From an uncultured Candidatus Sumerlaeota bacterium (GTDB lineage Bacteria; CAYMEV01): a DNA stretch of 64,000 nt. The translations under genes were made by a program, and so were the position numbers. This document shows positions 55,470 to 64,000 of this stretch, piece by piece. The DNA is taken from the NCBI GenBank assembly GCA_964389675.1, contig CAYMEV010000004.1:62001-126000 (forward strand). The letters run 5' to 3'. The notes below the pieces were generated by a model that was not told the DNA's origin, did not search any database, and worked only from the letters and a program-made list of their open reading frames with translations. Position 1 is the first letter of the stretch. Every line of letters starts with the position of its first letter.

Positions 55470-56714
55470 CTAGAAACTGTACCCGAATCCGAGACAGATA
55501 AATGTGAAATCCGAAGAATAATCACCATCCGCGGAAGGTACCTGCTGTGATGTCCTGATCTCGCGGTCTTCTGATAAAAAGTGGAGGAGTGAAAGGTCAA
55601 TGCTGAAATTGTCAATATTATACCCCATGCCAATTGCCAATGTATACTTATCGGTATCAGGAACCCCGGGCTCAAGCCATTCATCAGTGATCGCAGCCTC
55701 TTCATAAGCTACTCCCGCCCTGAAGCAAAGATCATCAGTATACTGATATTCTCCTCCAAGCCTGTATGCAAAGGAGTCCTTCCAGTGCCTTTCCAGGACA
55801 ACCTGGTCGGATGTGCCAGGGAGTATAGCCTCATCAAGGTCTACAACGATCTCATCCCAGACCTTCCAGTTCATCCAGTTGATATCAAGGTTTATGCTCA
55901 GCCTGGGAAGCGGCCTGTAATTCATTCCGAATCTGAGGGATGCTGGAAGGGTAAGCTCCGTTTCCCCGTTAATGGTCTTATCCTCATAGGGGATTGTCGC
56001 AGGAAAATCGACTTCAAGGTCTACATCATCGCTGTCAAAGGTTATCTCGCTGTCATACACAATTCCAAACCTTAATGATTCTGAAACCTCATAAAGAAGG
56101 CTTATATCATAGCCGTATCCATAGCCGCTGCCGCTGAGAGCGATGTCAATGTCATATTCCCTTGCACCGTATGTATCAATTGCTTTATCAAGCTCAATAT
56201 TAAGCTTGGAAGCCTTGATCCCCAGACCTAATGACAGATTGTCCATTACAGTAAAGCTCAATGTAGGGTTTATTGTCGGAGCCATCAGGTCTACCTTCTG
56301 AACCAGGTATCTCTGGGCTCCTGAATCGGGATACTGGAACTTAAGGCCGAATACATTATAACCCGCTATGCCAAAGGTCATATTGTCCATGCCGAAATCA
56401 TAGGTCAGACCAAGAAAAGGTGCATAGGTCGGCCCATCAGCGCTGTCTGTCTCACTGCTGGAGGGTGATTTATAATCAACTGTATATGATATAAGTGTAT
56501 TATTCATATATAGATTGATACCCTTCATCTTTGCAATTGCAGACGGATTAAAATAAAGCGCACTTGCGTCATCAGCCTGAGCAGTAAATGCCATTGCCAT
56601 ACCTGATGATGCAGCACCCGGGAACTCAGGGATCCAAAAACCTGCTCCAGAACTCAAACCAGCAAATAGCAGTACAATTACTGCAGTTAACAATGGGAGA
56701 AGAAATCTTTTCAT
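55470..56714 (-). CDS. OmpP1/FadL family outer-membrane transporter
   Basis: Signal peptide, AGF...GMA.A..A.ADDASA.YFNP hatch motif, and C-terminal YSF. Confidence 0.9.
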   Translation of the reverse strand: MKRFLLPLLTAVIVLLFAGLSSGAGFWIPEFPGAASSGMAMAFTAQADDASALYFNPSAIAKMKGINLYMNNTLISYTVDYKSPSSSETDSADGPTYAPFLGLTYDFGMDNMTFGIAGYNVFGLKFQYPDSGAQRYLVQKVDLMAPTINPTLSFTVMDNLSLGLGIKASKLNIELDKAIDTYGAREYDIDIALSGSGYGYGYDISLLYEVSESLRFGIVYDSEITFDSDDVDLEVDFPATIPYEDKTINGETELTLPASLRFGMNYRPLPRLSINLDINWMNWKVWDEIVVDLDEAILPGTSDQVVLERHWKDSFAYRLGGEYQYTDDLCFRAGVAYEEAAITDEWLEPGVPDTDKYTLAIGMGYNIDNFSIDLSLLHFLSEDREIRTSQQVPSADGDYSSDFTFICLGFGYSF

Positions 56715-56731
56715 TAAACTAACTCCTTTTT

Positions 56732-58438
56732 TTATATTAATCCTAATTCTTGTAATTTCAGGGCCCGGATCATTTCAATTGCTTCCTTCTTCTCTTCCTG
56801 AGTCTCAATAGCCTTCATATAATCCTCGAAAACCTTGTAAATCTCGGGGTGGCGATAGAAATTAAGCTTATCAAAGTTATCAGGTATCTTTTTCGACAGC
56901 TCCGTGATCTGTTTTATTGATGTCCTGTATTCCTCTTTTGCCGCATCTCTCTGATTGTCCTTGAGATAATACCTGCCTAATGCATGATGCACCATGATCT
57001 GTATCCTCGGGTTAATTGAGAATTTTACAACTTCCTTTGCTTTCTGCCTGGCGTGCATGGCTTTCTCTAAATTTCCCTTTGAACGGTTGGAATCAAAAAA
57101 CAGGACCTTTGACATCCTTAGAAGGTAAAGAGCTTCAAAGCTCGGGTTCTGAATGTCTGACAGCATTGCTCTGACTATATCCAGATAGTGCTTTGCTCCC
57201 TCCATATCATTCTTGATTATAGCATTATCTGTAAGTATAAAAAGGAGATTGAATTTCTCAAGGTTTGTTAGATCGTCACTGTATACATAGGTTTCAAGCT
57301 CTTTGACATAAATGCTGTTTTTGTTCTTTGAGGCATATTTCTCGGCTATATGTGAATAGAGAAGATACCGGTAAAGCACAATTGTACTCAGTGGCTTCTT
57401 TTTCTGAATATCCGCAACAGAATTAAGGCACTCCCTTGCACCCTCAAAATCCCCTATGTCGACAAGCATATGTGAATAGGTAAGAAGGCAGTTCAGCGCA
57501 TAGTCATCCTCTTTTTCAACCCTGCTTAAGTCCAGTGCAGAATAAAGGTCATCATTGGCATTCTCATAGTCACCCATAAGGATGCATATCTCAGCCTTTC
57601 TCCTGAGGCAGTAGATAAGTTTGCCCTTGCTTCCGTTTGACAGCTTGTTAGAAACGGCAATATTGCTTTTTATGGTCTCTAATGCATATTTAAGCTTATC
57701 CTGAAGCTGATAGAAATCAGCCGTCTGATTCAGTATATCATACAGCAGATCGTAATTATTGTGCATTGTTGCCAGGGATTCAGCTTTCTGAAGATATTCT
57801 GTTACATACCTGCTTTTGCCCGTCTTCAGAAGAACCATCGCAATTGTCTGCTGTATCTGTGCCATATTTGAGTACTTTTTGTTTTTCTCATATGATGAAA
57901 AGGCCTTCTGGTAAAAGGCCATAGCATGCTTGAAATCTTTGGCTTCATTATAACAGTCGCCTATTCTGTCTATAACATCCGCCTGATATAATACCTGCTT
58001 CTTTTTCCAGTATATCAGATATGCATATTTAAGGAGTTTAAGAGCGCTCTTAAAATCCTCCTTATGCACAAAAGGCTCATATGCTCCGAGCAGAATTGCT
58101 GCAAGCTCATTATCTTTGTCAGGTATATTGATAATTGTGCCCAGGCAGCACAGGTATGTCATTATTGCCTCTTCATAGTATTCATGCTTGTTTATATGAT
58201 ATGCAAGATTGTTCAAAGACTGGAAGAGCTGCAGGGGCATTCCCTTCTGCTGGCTGTTGTTCAGCTTTGAAAGATGAGCTACTACACTCATATGCAGCTT
58301 TTTCTCCGGGATATTTATCTGCTGTATAAGAGAATCCAGGTCTTTCTGGTAGTATTTGGAGTCCTTGATGAATTTTTCTATACCCGAATGGACAAAACTG
58401 TCATTTATCAGGTACAAAATTTTGCAAAACAAAAACAT
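56732..58438 (-). CDS. TPR-repeat protein
   Basis: Repeated IG..Y......A...YQKA helical units; no catalytic motif seen. Confidence 0.75.
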   Translation of the reverse strand: MFLFCKILYLINDSFVHSGIEKFIKDSKYYQKDLDSLIQQINIPEKKLHMSVVAHLSKLNNSQQKGMPLQLFQSLNNLAYHINKHEYYEEAIMTYLCCLGTIINIPDKDNELAAILLGAYEPFVHKEDFKSALKLLKYAYLIYWKKKQVLYQADVIDRIGDCYNEAKDFKHAMAFYQKAFSSYEKNKKYSNMAQIQQTIAMVLLKTGKSRYVTEYLQKAESLATMHNNYDLLYDILNQTADFYQLQDKLKYALETIKSNIAVSNKLSNGSKGKLIYCLRRKAEICILMGDYENANDDLYSALDLSRVEKEDDYALNCLLTYSHMLVDIGDFEGARECLNSVADIQKKKPLSTIVLYRYLLYSHIAEKYASKNKNSIYVKELETYVYSDDLTNLEKFNLLFILTDNAIIKNDMEGAKHYLDIVRAMLSDIQNPSFEALYLLRMSKVLFFDSNRSKGNLEKAMHARQKAKEVVKFSINPRIQIMVHHALGRYYLKDNQRDAAKEEYRTSIKQITELSKKIPDNFDKLNFYRHPEIYKVFEDYMKAIETQEEKKEAIEMIRALKLQELGLI

Positions 58439-58465
58439 AGTTTCTTCCTTATAAATTAAAGTAAC

Positions 58466-58495
58466 ATTATAAATTAACTAATAACAGGCTGTCAA
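58466..58495 (-). promoter_or_regulatory. Sigma70-type promoter of the TPR gene
   Basis: TTGACA-N18-TATAAT, 27 nt before the ATG, with AAGGA RBS. Confidence 0.65.
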
Positions 58496-58609
58496 TAATA
58501 AAGCAAATCATTTTTTTTTTACAACTATTTATTATTTAAGATCTACAATTTATTTGACTGACAATACCGGATATAATAATATTTCCTTATTCTCTGGAAG
58601 GAGCTGATT

Positions 58610-59884
58610 ATGAAGGTATTAGTTGTCGGAAGCGGGGGCAGGGAGCATTGCCTTGCCTGGAAAATAAAGCAAAGCAAAAGGGTAAGGCAGGTTTTTGTTG
58701 CACCTGGCAATGGAGGCACCCATAACGGATGTACAAATATCGATATAAAAGCGGATGATATTAAGGAGCTTGCATATTTTGCAAGGAAAAACCGGATTGA
58801 CCTTACAGTTGTCGGCCCTGAGCTTCCTCTCTCAATGGGAATTAAAGAAGAGTTCGACAAGCAGGGCATGCCTCTTTTCGGACCAAATACATTCTGCTCA
58901 CGGCTAGAAAGCAGCAAATCCTTCGCCAAGGAAATCATGGCATTGCAGAATGTCGCCACACCGAAATACGATGTTTTCGATAATGAACAGGTCGATGAAG
59001 CACTGCATTATATTGAGGAAATGGAGTATCCCCTGGTAATCAAGGCCGACGGGCTTGCTGCCGGCAAGGGTGTCTTCATCTGCAAGAACAGGGATGAGGC
59101 AGTAAAGGCCATATATGAAAACCTCAAAAACCTCAAATTCGGTATCTCATCAAAAAGGATAATAATTGAAGAATTCATTGAGGGCAATGAAGCTTCCTTC
59201 ATGTGTATCATTGACGGGAAGAACATTCTTCCCCTGGAGACAAGCGAAGATTATAAAAAGGCGTTCGACAATGACCGCGGGCCCAATACTGGAGGAATGG
59301 GCGCATATTCACCCAGTATTTTCATAACGGATGAAATGAAGGAGAAAATACTGCAGGAGATATTCACACCCATGATCGAAGGCCTCGCAATAACCGGAGA
59401 ATATTATACAGGGGTTCTATACGCCGGCCTCATAATAAGGGATAACAGGATCTATGTGCTTGAGTTCAATGTAAGGTTCGGAGACCCTGAGACACAGGCA
59501 GTACTTATGAGGCTTGACAGCGATATAATGGATATATTTGAAAAAACCATGACCCGGAGCCTTGATAAGTGCTCCCCTCTATGGTCAAAACAAAGGTCCC
59601 TCTGCGTCATTTGCGCTTCAGATGGATATCCTGGAAGCTATGAGAAAGGCAAAAAGATTCATGGGCTCCATGGCCCTCTGCCTGAAAACTCAACCATTTT
59701 TCACTGCGGTACATCTTTCATGAACGACAGCTGGCAAACCAGCGGAGGAAGGGTACTTGCCGTCACAGCACTTGATGACAGCATGTCAAAATGCAGGCAA
59801 AAGGCTTACGGTATTATCAGTAACATACACTTTGATGGCATGCAGTTCAGGAAAGACATTGGAGAAAAAGCTGTTAAATCATAA
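58610..59884 (+). CDS. purD: Phosphoribosylamine-glycine ligase
   Basis: GSGGREH, KADGLAAGKGV, GPNTGGMGAYSP and EFNVRFGDPE motifs. Confidence 0.98.
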   Translation: MKVLVVGSGGREHCLAWKIKQSKRVRQVFVAPGNGGTHNGCTNIDIKADDIKELAYFARKNRIDLTVVGPELPLSMGIKEEFDKQGMPLFGPNTFCSRLESSKSFAKEIMALQNVATPKYDVFDNEQVDEALHYIEEMEYPLVIKADGLAAGKGVFICKNRDEAVKAIYENLKNLKFGISSKRIIIEEFIEGNEASFMCIIDGKNILPLETSEDYKKAFDNDRGPNTGGMGAYSPSIFITDEMKEKILQEIFTPMIEGLAITGEYYTGVLYAGLIIRDNRIYVLEFNVRFGDPETQAVLMRLDSDIMDIFEKTMTRSLDKCSPLWSKQRSLCVICASDGYPGSYEKGKKIHGLHGPLPENSTIFHCGTSFMNDSWQTSGGRVLAVTALDDSMSKCRQKAYGIISNIHFDGMQFRKDIGEKAVKS

Positions 59885-59905
59885 TATTATATAGACATAC
59901 GAAAT

Positions 59906-59921
59906 TGTTTCATGTGAAACA
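59906..59921. promoter_or_regulatory. parS-like ParB binding site
   Basis: TGTTTCATGTGAAACA matches the consensus TGTTTCACGTGAAACA at 15/16; intergenic. Confidence 0.75.
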
Positions 59922-59950
59922 TTAAAAACAAAAACAAAAAAGGAGTTATT

Positions 59951-60442
59951 ATGGTACTGGATATTGCGATCATAGTTGGAAGCAAAAGCGACCTTCCCCA
60001 CATGCAAAAAGGCCTTGACCTTCTGAAATCACTGAAGGTCAGCTTTGAGGTAAAGATACTGTCAGCCCACAGGACGCCTGACCTGCTTGATGATTATATA
60101 AAATCTGCTGAAAAAAGGTCATGCCGTGTTTATATTGCGGGAGCAGGGATGTCGGCACATCTTCCCGGTGTGGTTGCATCCCGGACAATCAGGCCTGTTA
60201 TAGGTGTTCCTTTCGATGCAAGCTCCCTCAACGGCATTGACTCCATGCTTTCAATAGTAATGATGCCTCCGGGTATTCCTGTGTCATGCATGGGTATAGG
60301 GGGATCAGGCTTTTTTAATGCCTGCCTTTTTGCGCTTCAGATCCTGTCACTTAATGACAAGCGGATAGAAGGCTTTATATCCGAACAAAGGGACAGCAAA
60401 AAGAGAGATATTATAAGGGACAATGAATCCCTGGAGTACTGA
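59951..60442 (+). CDS. purE: N5-CAIR mutase
   Basis: GSKSD, SAHRTP, AGMSAHLPG, PVIGVP and MPPGIPV motifs. Confidence 0.97.
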   Translation: MVLDIAIIVGSKSDLPHMQKGLDLLKSLKVSFEVKILSAHRTPDLLDDYIKSAEKRSCRVYIAGAGMSAHLPGVVASRTIRPVIGVPFDASSLNGIDSMLSIVMMPPGIPVSCMGIGGSGFFNACLFALQILSLNDKRIEGFISEQRDSKKRDIIRDNESLEY

Positions 60443-60445
60443 AAT

Positions 60446-61126
60446 TTGGGTTTTTTTTCTAAAATTGCCTTCCTTCTTGATGGAGGAAGCATACTTCTTT
60501 CTTTCTCTGATACAGTACCAGGCTTTTTTTGCAGCCCGTATTCCTGCAAAGCACTCGATCAGTTAAGAAAGCTTAAGAAGAGAAGTCCTTCAAAGGGCTT
60601 TATAGTATTAAAGGCTGATATATCAGATCTTTCCACTCCCACACCTTTAGAGAGGAAATTTGCTGACAGATTCTGGCCTGGCCCTCTCACTCTTGTCCTT
60701 ACAGTCAATGAAAGCAGGCTTCTCAATATTTCTCCGGATGGCGCTACAATTGCTGTCCGATATCCCTCTGATATATTCTGGACGCCTTTCCTTTCCTTTT
60801 ACACGCTCCCTGTTGTTTCCACCAGTGCCAATGAATATTCTGAATTATATTTTAACTGCCTCCGGAGCATTGAGAATGGCCTGCAGAATTATAAAGCCAT
60901 ATCAGAATACACACATCAGGGCAACAGCTATGCTATTATAAAAACAGATGAATTCAACGGCCATATCCTTGTTAATCTTTCCAGGGAGCCAGATCCAGAG
61001 GCCAATTGTTCAACAATAATAAGCCTTAAGATGGACAGGCTGAAAATACTGCGCGAGGGCTCTATAAGAAGGGCTGATCTTGAATCCTTTTATTCAGGCA
61101 TTTCCAGAGAACCGGGCATGCCCTAA
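60446..61126 (+). CDS. Threonylcarbamoyl-AMP synthase-like (TsaC/YrdC), divergent
   Basis: SDTVPG, KKR, FWPGPLTLVL, IAVR, STSAN, STII and ILREG motifs. Confidence 0.75.
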   Translation: MGFFSKIAFLLDGGSILLSFSDTVPGFFCSPYSCKALDQLRKLKKRSPSKGFIVLKADISDLSTPTPLERKFADRFWPGPLTLVLTVNESRLLNISPDGATIAVRYPSDIFWTPFLSFYTLPVVSTSANEYSELYFNCLRSIENGLQNYKAISEYTHQGNSYAIIKTDEFNGHILVNLSREPDPEANCSTIISLKMDRLKILREGSIRRADLESFYSGISREPGMP

Positions 61127-61136
61127 GCATTGGCTT

Positions 61137-62513
61137 TCATAACCTGAAAAAGGCTGCACCATCGCTTATCCTTATCTTTTTAAGGATTATGTCCGGATTC
61201 CTGCTGGATTGTTCATAAAAACCCATCAGTTCTCTCTGTTCGCTGTTGCTATAAACCTGAGCACGGACTGCCTGCCTGAAACTGCTGATTATTTCCTTTC
61301 TTCTGTATATGTCCCTGACATAACCTTTTACATCGGCGCTTTTTTCTGATATAAGCAGGATACAGCCCCCGAATCCAGCTCCAGTTATCTTTGCCCCTGA
61401 TATACCCTTAAAGTGATCCTCCATAGTTCTGATCAGTGAGTCAATGAATTCATTGCTGTTCTTAAGGTTCATGCTCAGGTTCCAGTGCAGGCTGTAGATG
61501 TCTTTACCCCTTATTATCCCTTCACTTTCAAATTTTTCTATAAATGTCATCTGGTTCAGGTAATATTCTAATACTGCCCTGACTTTTCCACTGCCTTTCA
61601 AATTTTCCATGCATTCCTTCAGTTCCCTGTATGTAAACTCACCAATCTCCATGTCCTTTCCCTTTTTATGATAGGCACTGCACTGTCGTCCTGCATCTAT
61701 AAAACTGTTCCTGATTTCATTGAACCTTTTTTTTGCATTTTTTGATTTGCCGGCTTTAAGAAGGCTGTTCAACAGGTACATGTCATAATCATTACCTGTT
61801 TTTATGAAATCTGTCCTTATCCTGTTTTCCCTGTGATCGTTTATGAGTATGCTTCCCCTTCTGCCACGTATGATTGTTGCATGGTCATTGGCCCCTCCCC
61901 TTGTTCCTGCATACCACTCACTTTCTCCCAGTATCTCTGCATTATCCCTGTTTTGACCGGCAAAGCCTCCATTATATGAAATAAAATGCATCCCTGAGCT
62001 GACTACAATGCTTGAGGATGAGCTTAAGCCGGCTTCAGCCGGCAGGTCTCCCGAATCAATGATCATGTCATAACCCCTGATCTTAGAATCATGCGCTCTG
62101 TTAAAAAGGTACCTTAAAACAGGGGACAGCACGTAATTTACAGGATCACCAGCTTTACGGAGAAAACAGGGGTTTTCCCATATGAAGTCTTTCCAGGACA
62201 TATCACGCCCTGCCTTTTTCATATACCTGATGTAAGGGTCTAAATCAATCATCTCCCCTGTATCAAAGGCTTTAAGGATAATCTTTATCATTCTGTCCTG
62301 CCTTCCGGTGCTCATGCTCCATATCCCCCGCTGAACAGTGAAACTGACCTGCCTGGACCTGAGCATATCCATGTATTCAGTTATATTTACCCTTCCAGGG
62401 ACGAATGATATGTGCAGGGGTCCTCCTTTATATTCAATGCCTCTCTTAAGCTTCTCTATTATTCTCTGTCTTTCTTTAATGCTATAGCCTTCCGGAGCAG
62501 GATCGACTGCCAT
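61137..62513 (-). CDS. GHMP-family sugar kinase (galactokinase-like, divergent)
   Basis: PGRVN, P..AGLSSSS and GAKITGAGFGGC motifs. Confidence 0.85.
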   Translation of the reverse strand: MAVDPAPEGYSIKERQRIIEKLKRGIEYKGGPLHISFVPGRVNITEYMDMLRSRQVSFTVQRGIWSMSTGRQDRMIKIILKAFDTGEMIDLDPYIRYMKKAGRDMSWKDFIWENPCFLRKAGDPVNYVLSPVLRYLFNRAHDSKIRGYDMIIDSGDLPAEAGLSSSSSIVVSSGMHFISYNGGFAGQNRDNAEILGESEWYAGTRGGANDHATIIRGRRGSILINDHRENRIRTDFIKTGNDYDMYLLNSLLKAGKSKNAKKRFNEIRNSFIDAGRQCSAYHKKGKDMEIGEFTYRELKECMENLKGSGKVRAVLEYYLNQMTFIEKFESEGIIRGKDIYSLHWNLSMNLKNSNEFIDSLIRTMEDHFKGISGAKITGAGFGGCILLISEKSADVKGYVRDIYRRKEIISSFRQAVRAQVYSNSEQRELMGFYEQSSRNPDIILKKIRISDGAAFFRL

Positions 62514-62517
62514 CCTT

Positions 62518-63522
62518 TTATAATCCTTCCATTTTTATTCTTTCCAGGAACAATTCAAGAACCTCAGTTCCATCTATGTCGTTTGTCTTCAGAAATTCTG
62601 AAAGCCTTTCATATGCTGTTCTTATGTACTGGCCGAAAAATTCTTTCCCCTTATTATAATACAGGTTGCAGTAGGCACCCATCATCTGTAAGAGCCTGTA
62701 TATGCTTACATACCTGAACTCATGGAAAAACTGGTCTGTCCCTTCATTATTGCTTTTCATTATACCTGTAATTCTATCTGTAATGTATTCATAATATACC
62801 GGATAAAGATCAGTATATGCATCAAATATGAAAGAAGCAAAATCATATGCCCTGTGCCCCATCCTTGCACCCTGAAAATCTATAAGAAATGGAGAATTAT
62901 CCCTTATTATTATATTCCTTGACTGAAGGTCTCTGTGCATAAAACCTCTGTATAAAAAACCCTCTGACCTGCATGCAAGCCTTTTTAATTCATCTTTCAT
63001 TTCCTGTAAAAGCGTTTTGTCCCTGGAGAATCTTACAGCGAAATGATTGTAAAAATAACAGCATTCCTCATTAAAAATAAAGTCTGAATCATATGCATGG
63101 CTGAAGATGTATTCAGGGTCTACTGACTCTATCCTCCCTATCCTGTAGATAGCTTCCAGTATGTCATCAATAATTCCTTTATCATTTTTCCCCTTTCTAA
63201 GGTATTCCTGCATGTTTATTTCACCAAGGTCCTCCAGCAGAATAACTGACCTGTCATCGGAGCAGCCCATAATTTCAGGAACATTGACCCCTGCATTCCT
63301 TAGTATGCTCTGCACATATATATATGTACGGTTTTCATCTGTGCTGTTTCCAGTCCCTGGTTCTGTGTTGCTTACGGCAATATAGCTTCTTCTGCCTCTT
63401 GATATCCTGTAAAATAACCGTTCAGAGCCATCTGGCATTATCCGGTCAATGCTGTCAGCGTCCTCATTCCCTAAGATCTTCTTTATCTCATTGAATATAT
63501 GTTTTTCCTTTTCATTCGTCAT
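62518..63522 (-). CDS. AmgK-like anomeric amino-sugar kinase (APH/choline kinase fold)
   Basis: DGS.R.FYR, LLEDLG, HRDLQSRNI, IDFQGARMG, YD.AS and Q.MGAY motifs. Confidence 0.82.
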   Translation of the reverse strand: MTNEKEKHIFNEIKKILGNEDADSIDRIMPDGSERLFYRISRGRRSYIAVSNTEPGTGNSTDENRTYIYVQSILRNAGVNVPEIMGCSDDRSVILLEDLGEINMQEYLRKGKNDKGIIDDILEAIYRIGRIESVDPEYIFSHAYDSDFIFNEECCYFYNHFAVRFSRDKTLLQEMKDELKRLACRSEGFLYRGFMHRDLQSRNIIIRDNSPFLIDFQGARMGHRAYDFASFIFDAYTDLYPVYYEYITDRITGIMKSNNEGTDQFFHEFRYVSIYRLLQMMGAYCNLYYNKGKEFFGQYIRTAYERLSEFLKTNDIDGTEVLELFLERIKMEGL

Positions 63523-64000
63523 ATATTATGCTCCTGTATATCATATAGTTCCTGAGTATGAGCTGTACATAATCCCTTGTCTCCCTGTAAGTCACAATAA
63601 AGTTGTATATGTCCATATCCTCTCCGTCATACATTCCGATCCACCTGTCAGCATTCCTGCTTCCGGCATTATAAGCACTCAATGCATAATTCACATTTTT
63701 ATATTTCTTGATGAGCGTCTCAAAATACTTTATCCCTATACTGATATTCACTTCCTCATCAAAAAGGTCATGGCTCCCTCTGTAGCCAATACCGTGCTTC
63801 TTTGCGACCTGCCTTGCAGTTGACGGCAGTATCTGCATCAGACCCATTGCGTTCCTATGCGAAACGGCGTACCTGTTGAAACCGCTTTCCTGCCGGATCA
63901 GTGATTTGATTATTAAAGGGTCAGTATTTTCATAATCTGTATTTTTCTCTATTATATCAAGGAACCTCACAGGAAAAAGGACTTCCCTGTATATGTCGGG
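63512..64000 (-). CDS. Lytic transglycosylase, SLT domain (5' part outside the window)
   Basis: IRQESGF, AMGLMQI, AYNAG and ETRDYV motifs. The frame stays open to the window edge (PDIYREVLFPVRF...). Confidence 0.92.
   Translation of the reverse strand, partial: PDIYREVLFPVRFLDIIEKNTDYENTDPLIIKSLIRQESGFNRYAVSHRNAMGLMQILPSTARQVAKKHGIGYRGSHDLFDEEVNISIGIKYFETLIKKYKNVNYALSAYNAGSRNADRWIGMYDGEDMDIYNFIVTYRETRDYVQLILRNYMIYRSIIYDE

Noticed and set aside
59894..59908. GACATACGAA identical to 10 nt of the lexA operator candidate
   Set aside because: The right half-site (ATTGT) does not complete the palindrome and overlaps the parS. purE is not an expected SOS gene. Treated as chance.

Overview
Gene-dense chromosomal window, moderately AT-rich by eye, from a diderm and probably anaerobic bacterium (OmpA lipoprotein, FadL-type barrel, O-antigen-ligase family protein, DPSL, citrate-lyase-like genes). 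The lineage cannot be assigned from sequence alone. All family calls come from motifs read by eye and compared with reference sequences from memory; no database search was run. Housekeeping genes: tpiA (partial), pgk, gap, lysS, glgC, argS, thiL, ligA, purD, purE and a tsaC-like gene. About 4.5-26 kb looks accessory. It holds a pseudokinase, REP-like palindromes, an MBL hydrolase coupled to a kinase-ATPase-TPR protein, a lexA-dnaE2 pair with no imuA/imuB, and a tightly coupled operon (PD-(D/E)XK-DinG helicase, degenerate DEDDh + GIY-YIG nuclease, orphan SbcD-like nuclease, GNAT). Most notable: (1) a perfect TTGACA-N17-TATAAT, apparently leaderless lexA promoter overlapped by an ACATAC-N3-GTATGT palindrome, a candidate SOS box; (2) the three-nuclease helicase operon; (3) class II LysRS fused to a C-terminal HD domain; (4) a CitD-CitE fusion apparently lacking the prosthetic-group Ser, next to CitF with no adjacent citC/G/X; (5) a serine-palmitoyltransferase-like gene clustered with a eukaryote-type squalene synthase; (6) a leuBCD-like trio with a homoisocitrate/isocitrate-type dehydrogenase loop; (7) an SLT-AmgK-GHMP kinase operon; (8) a near-consensus parS site. 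I recognised no rRNA, tRNA, CRISPR array, transposase or integrase.
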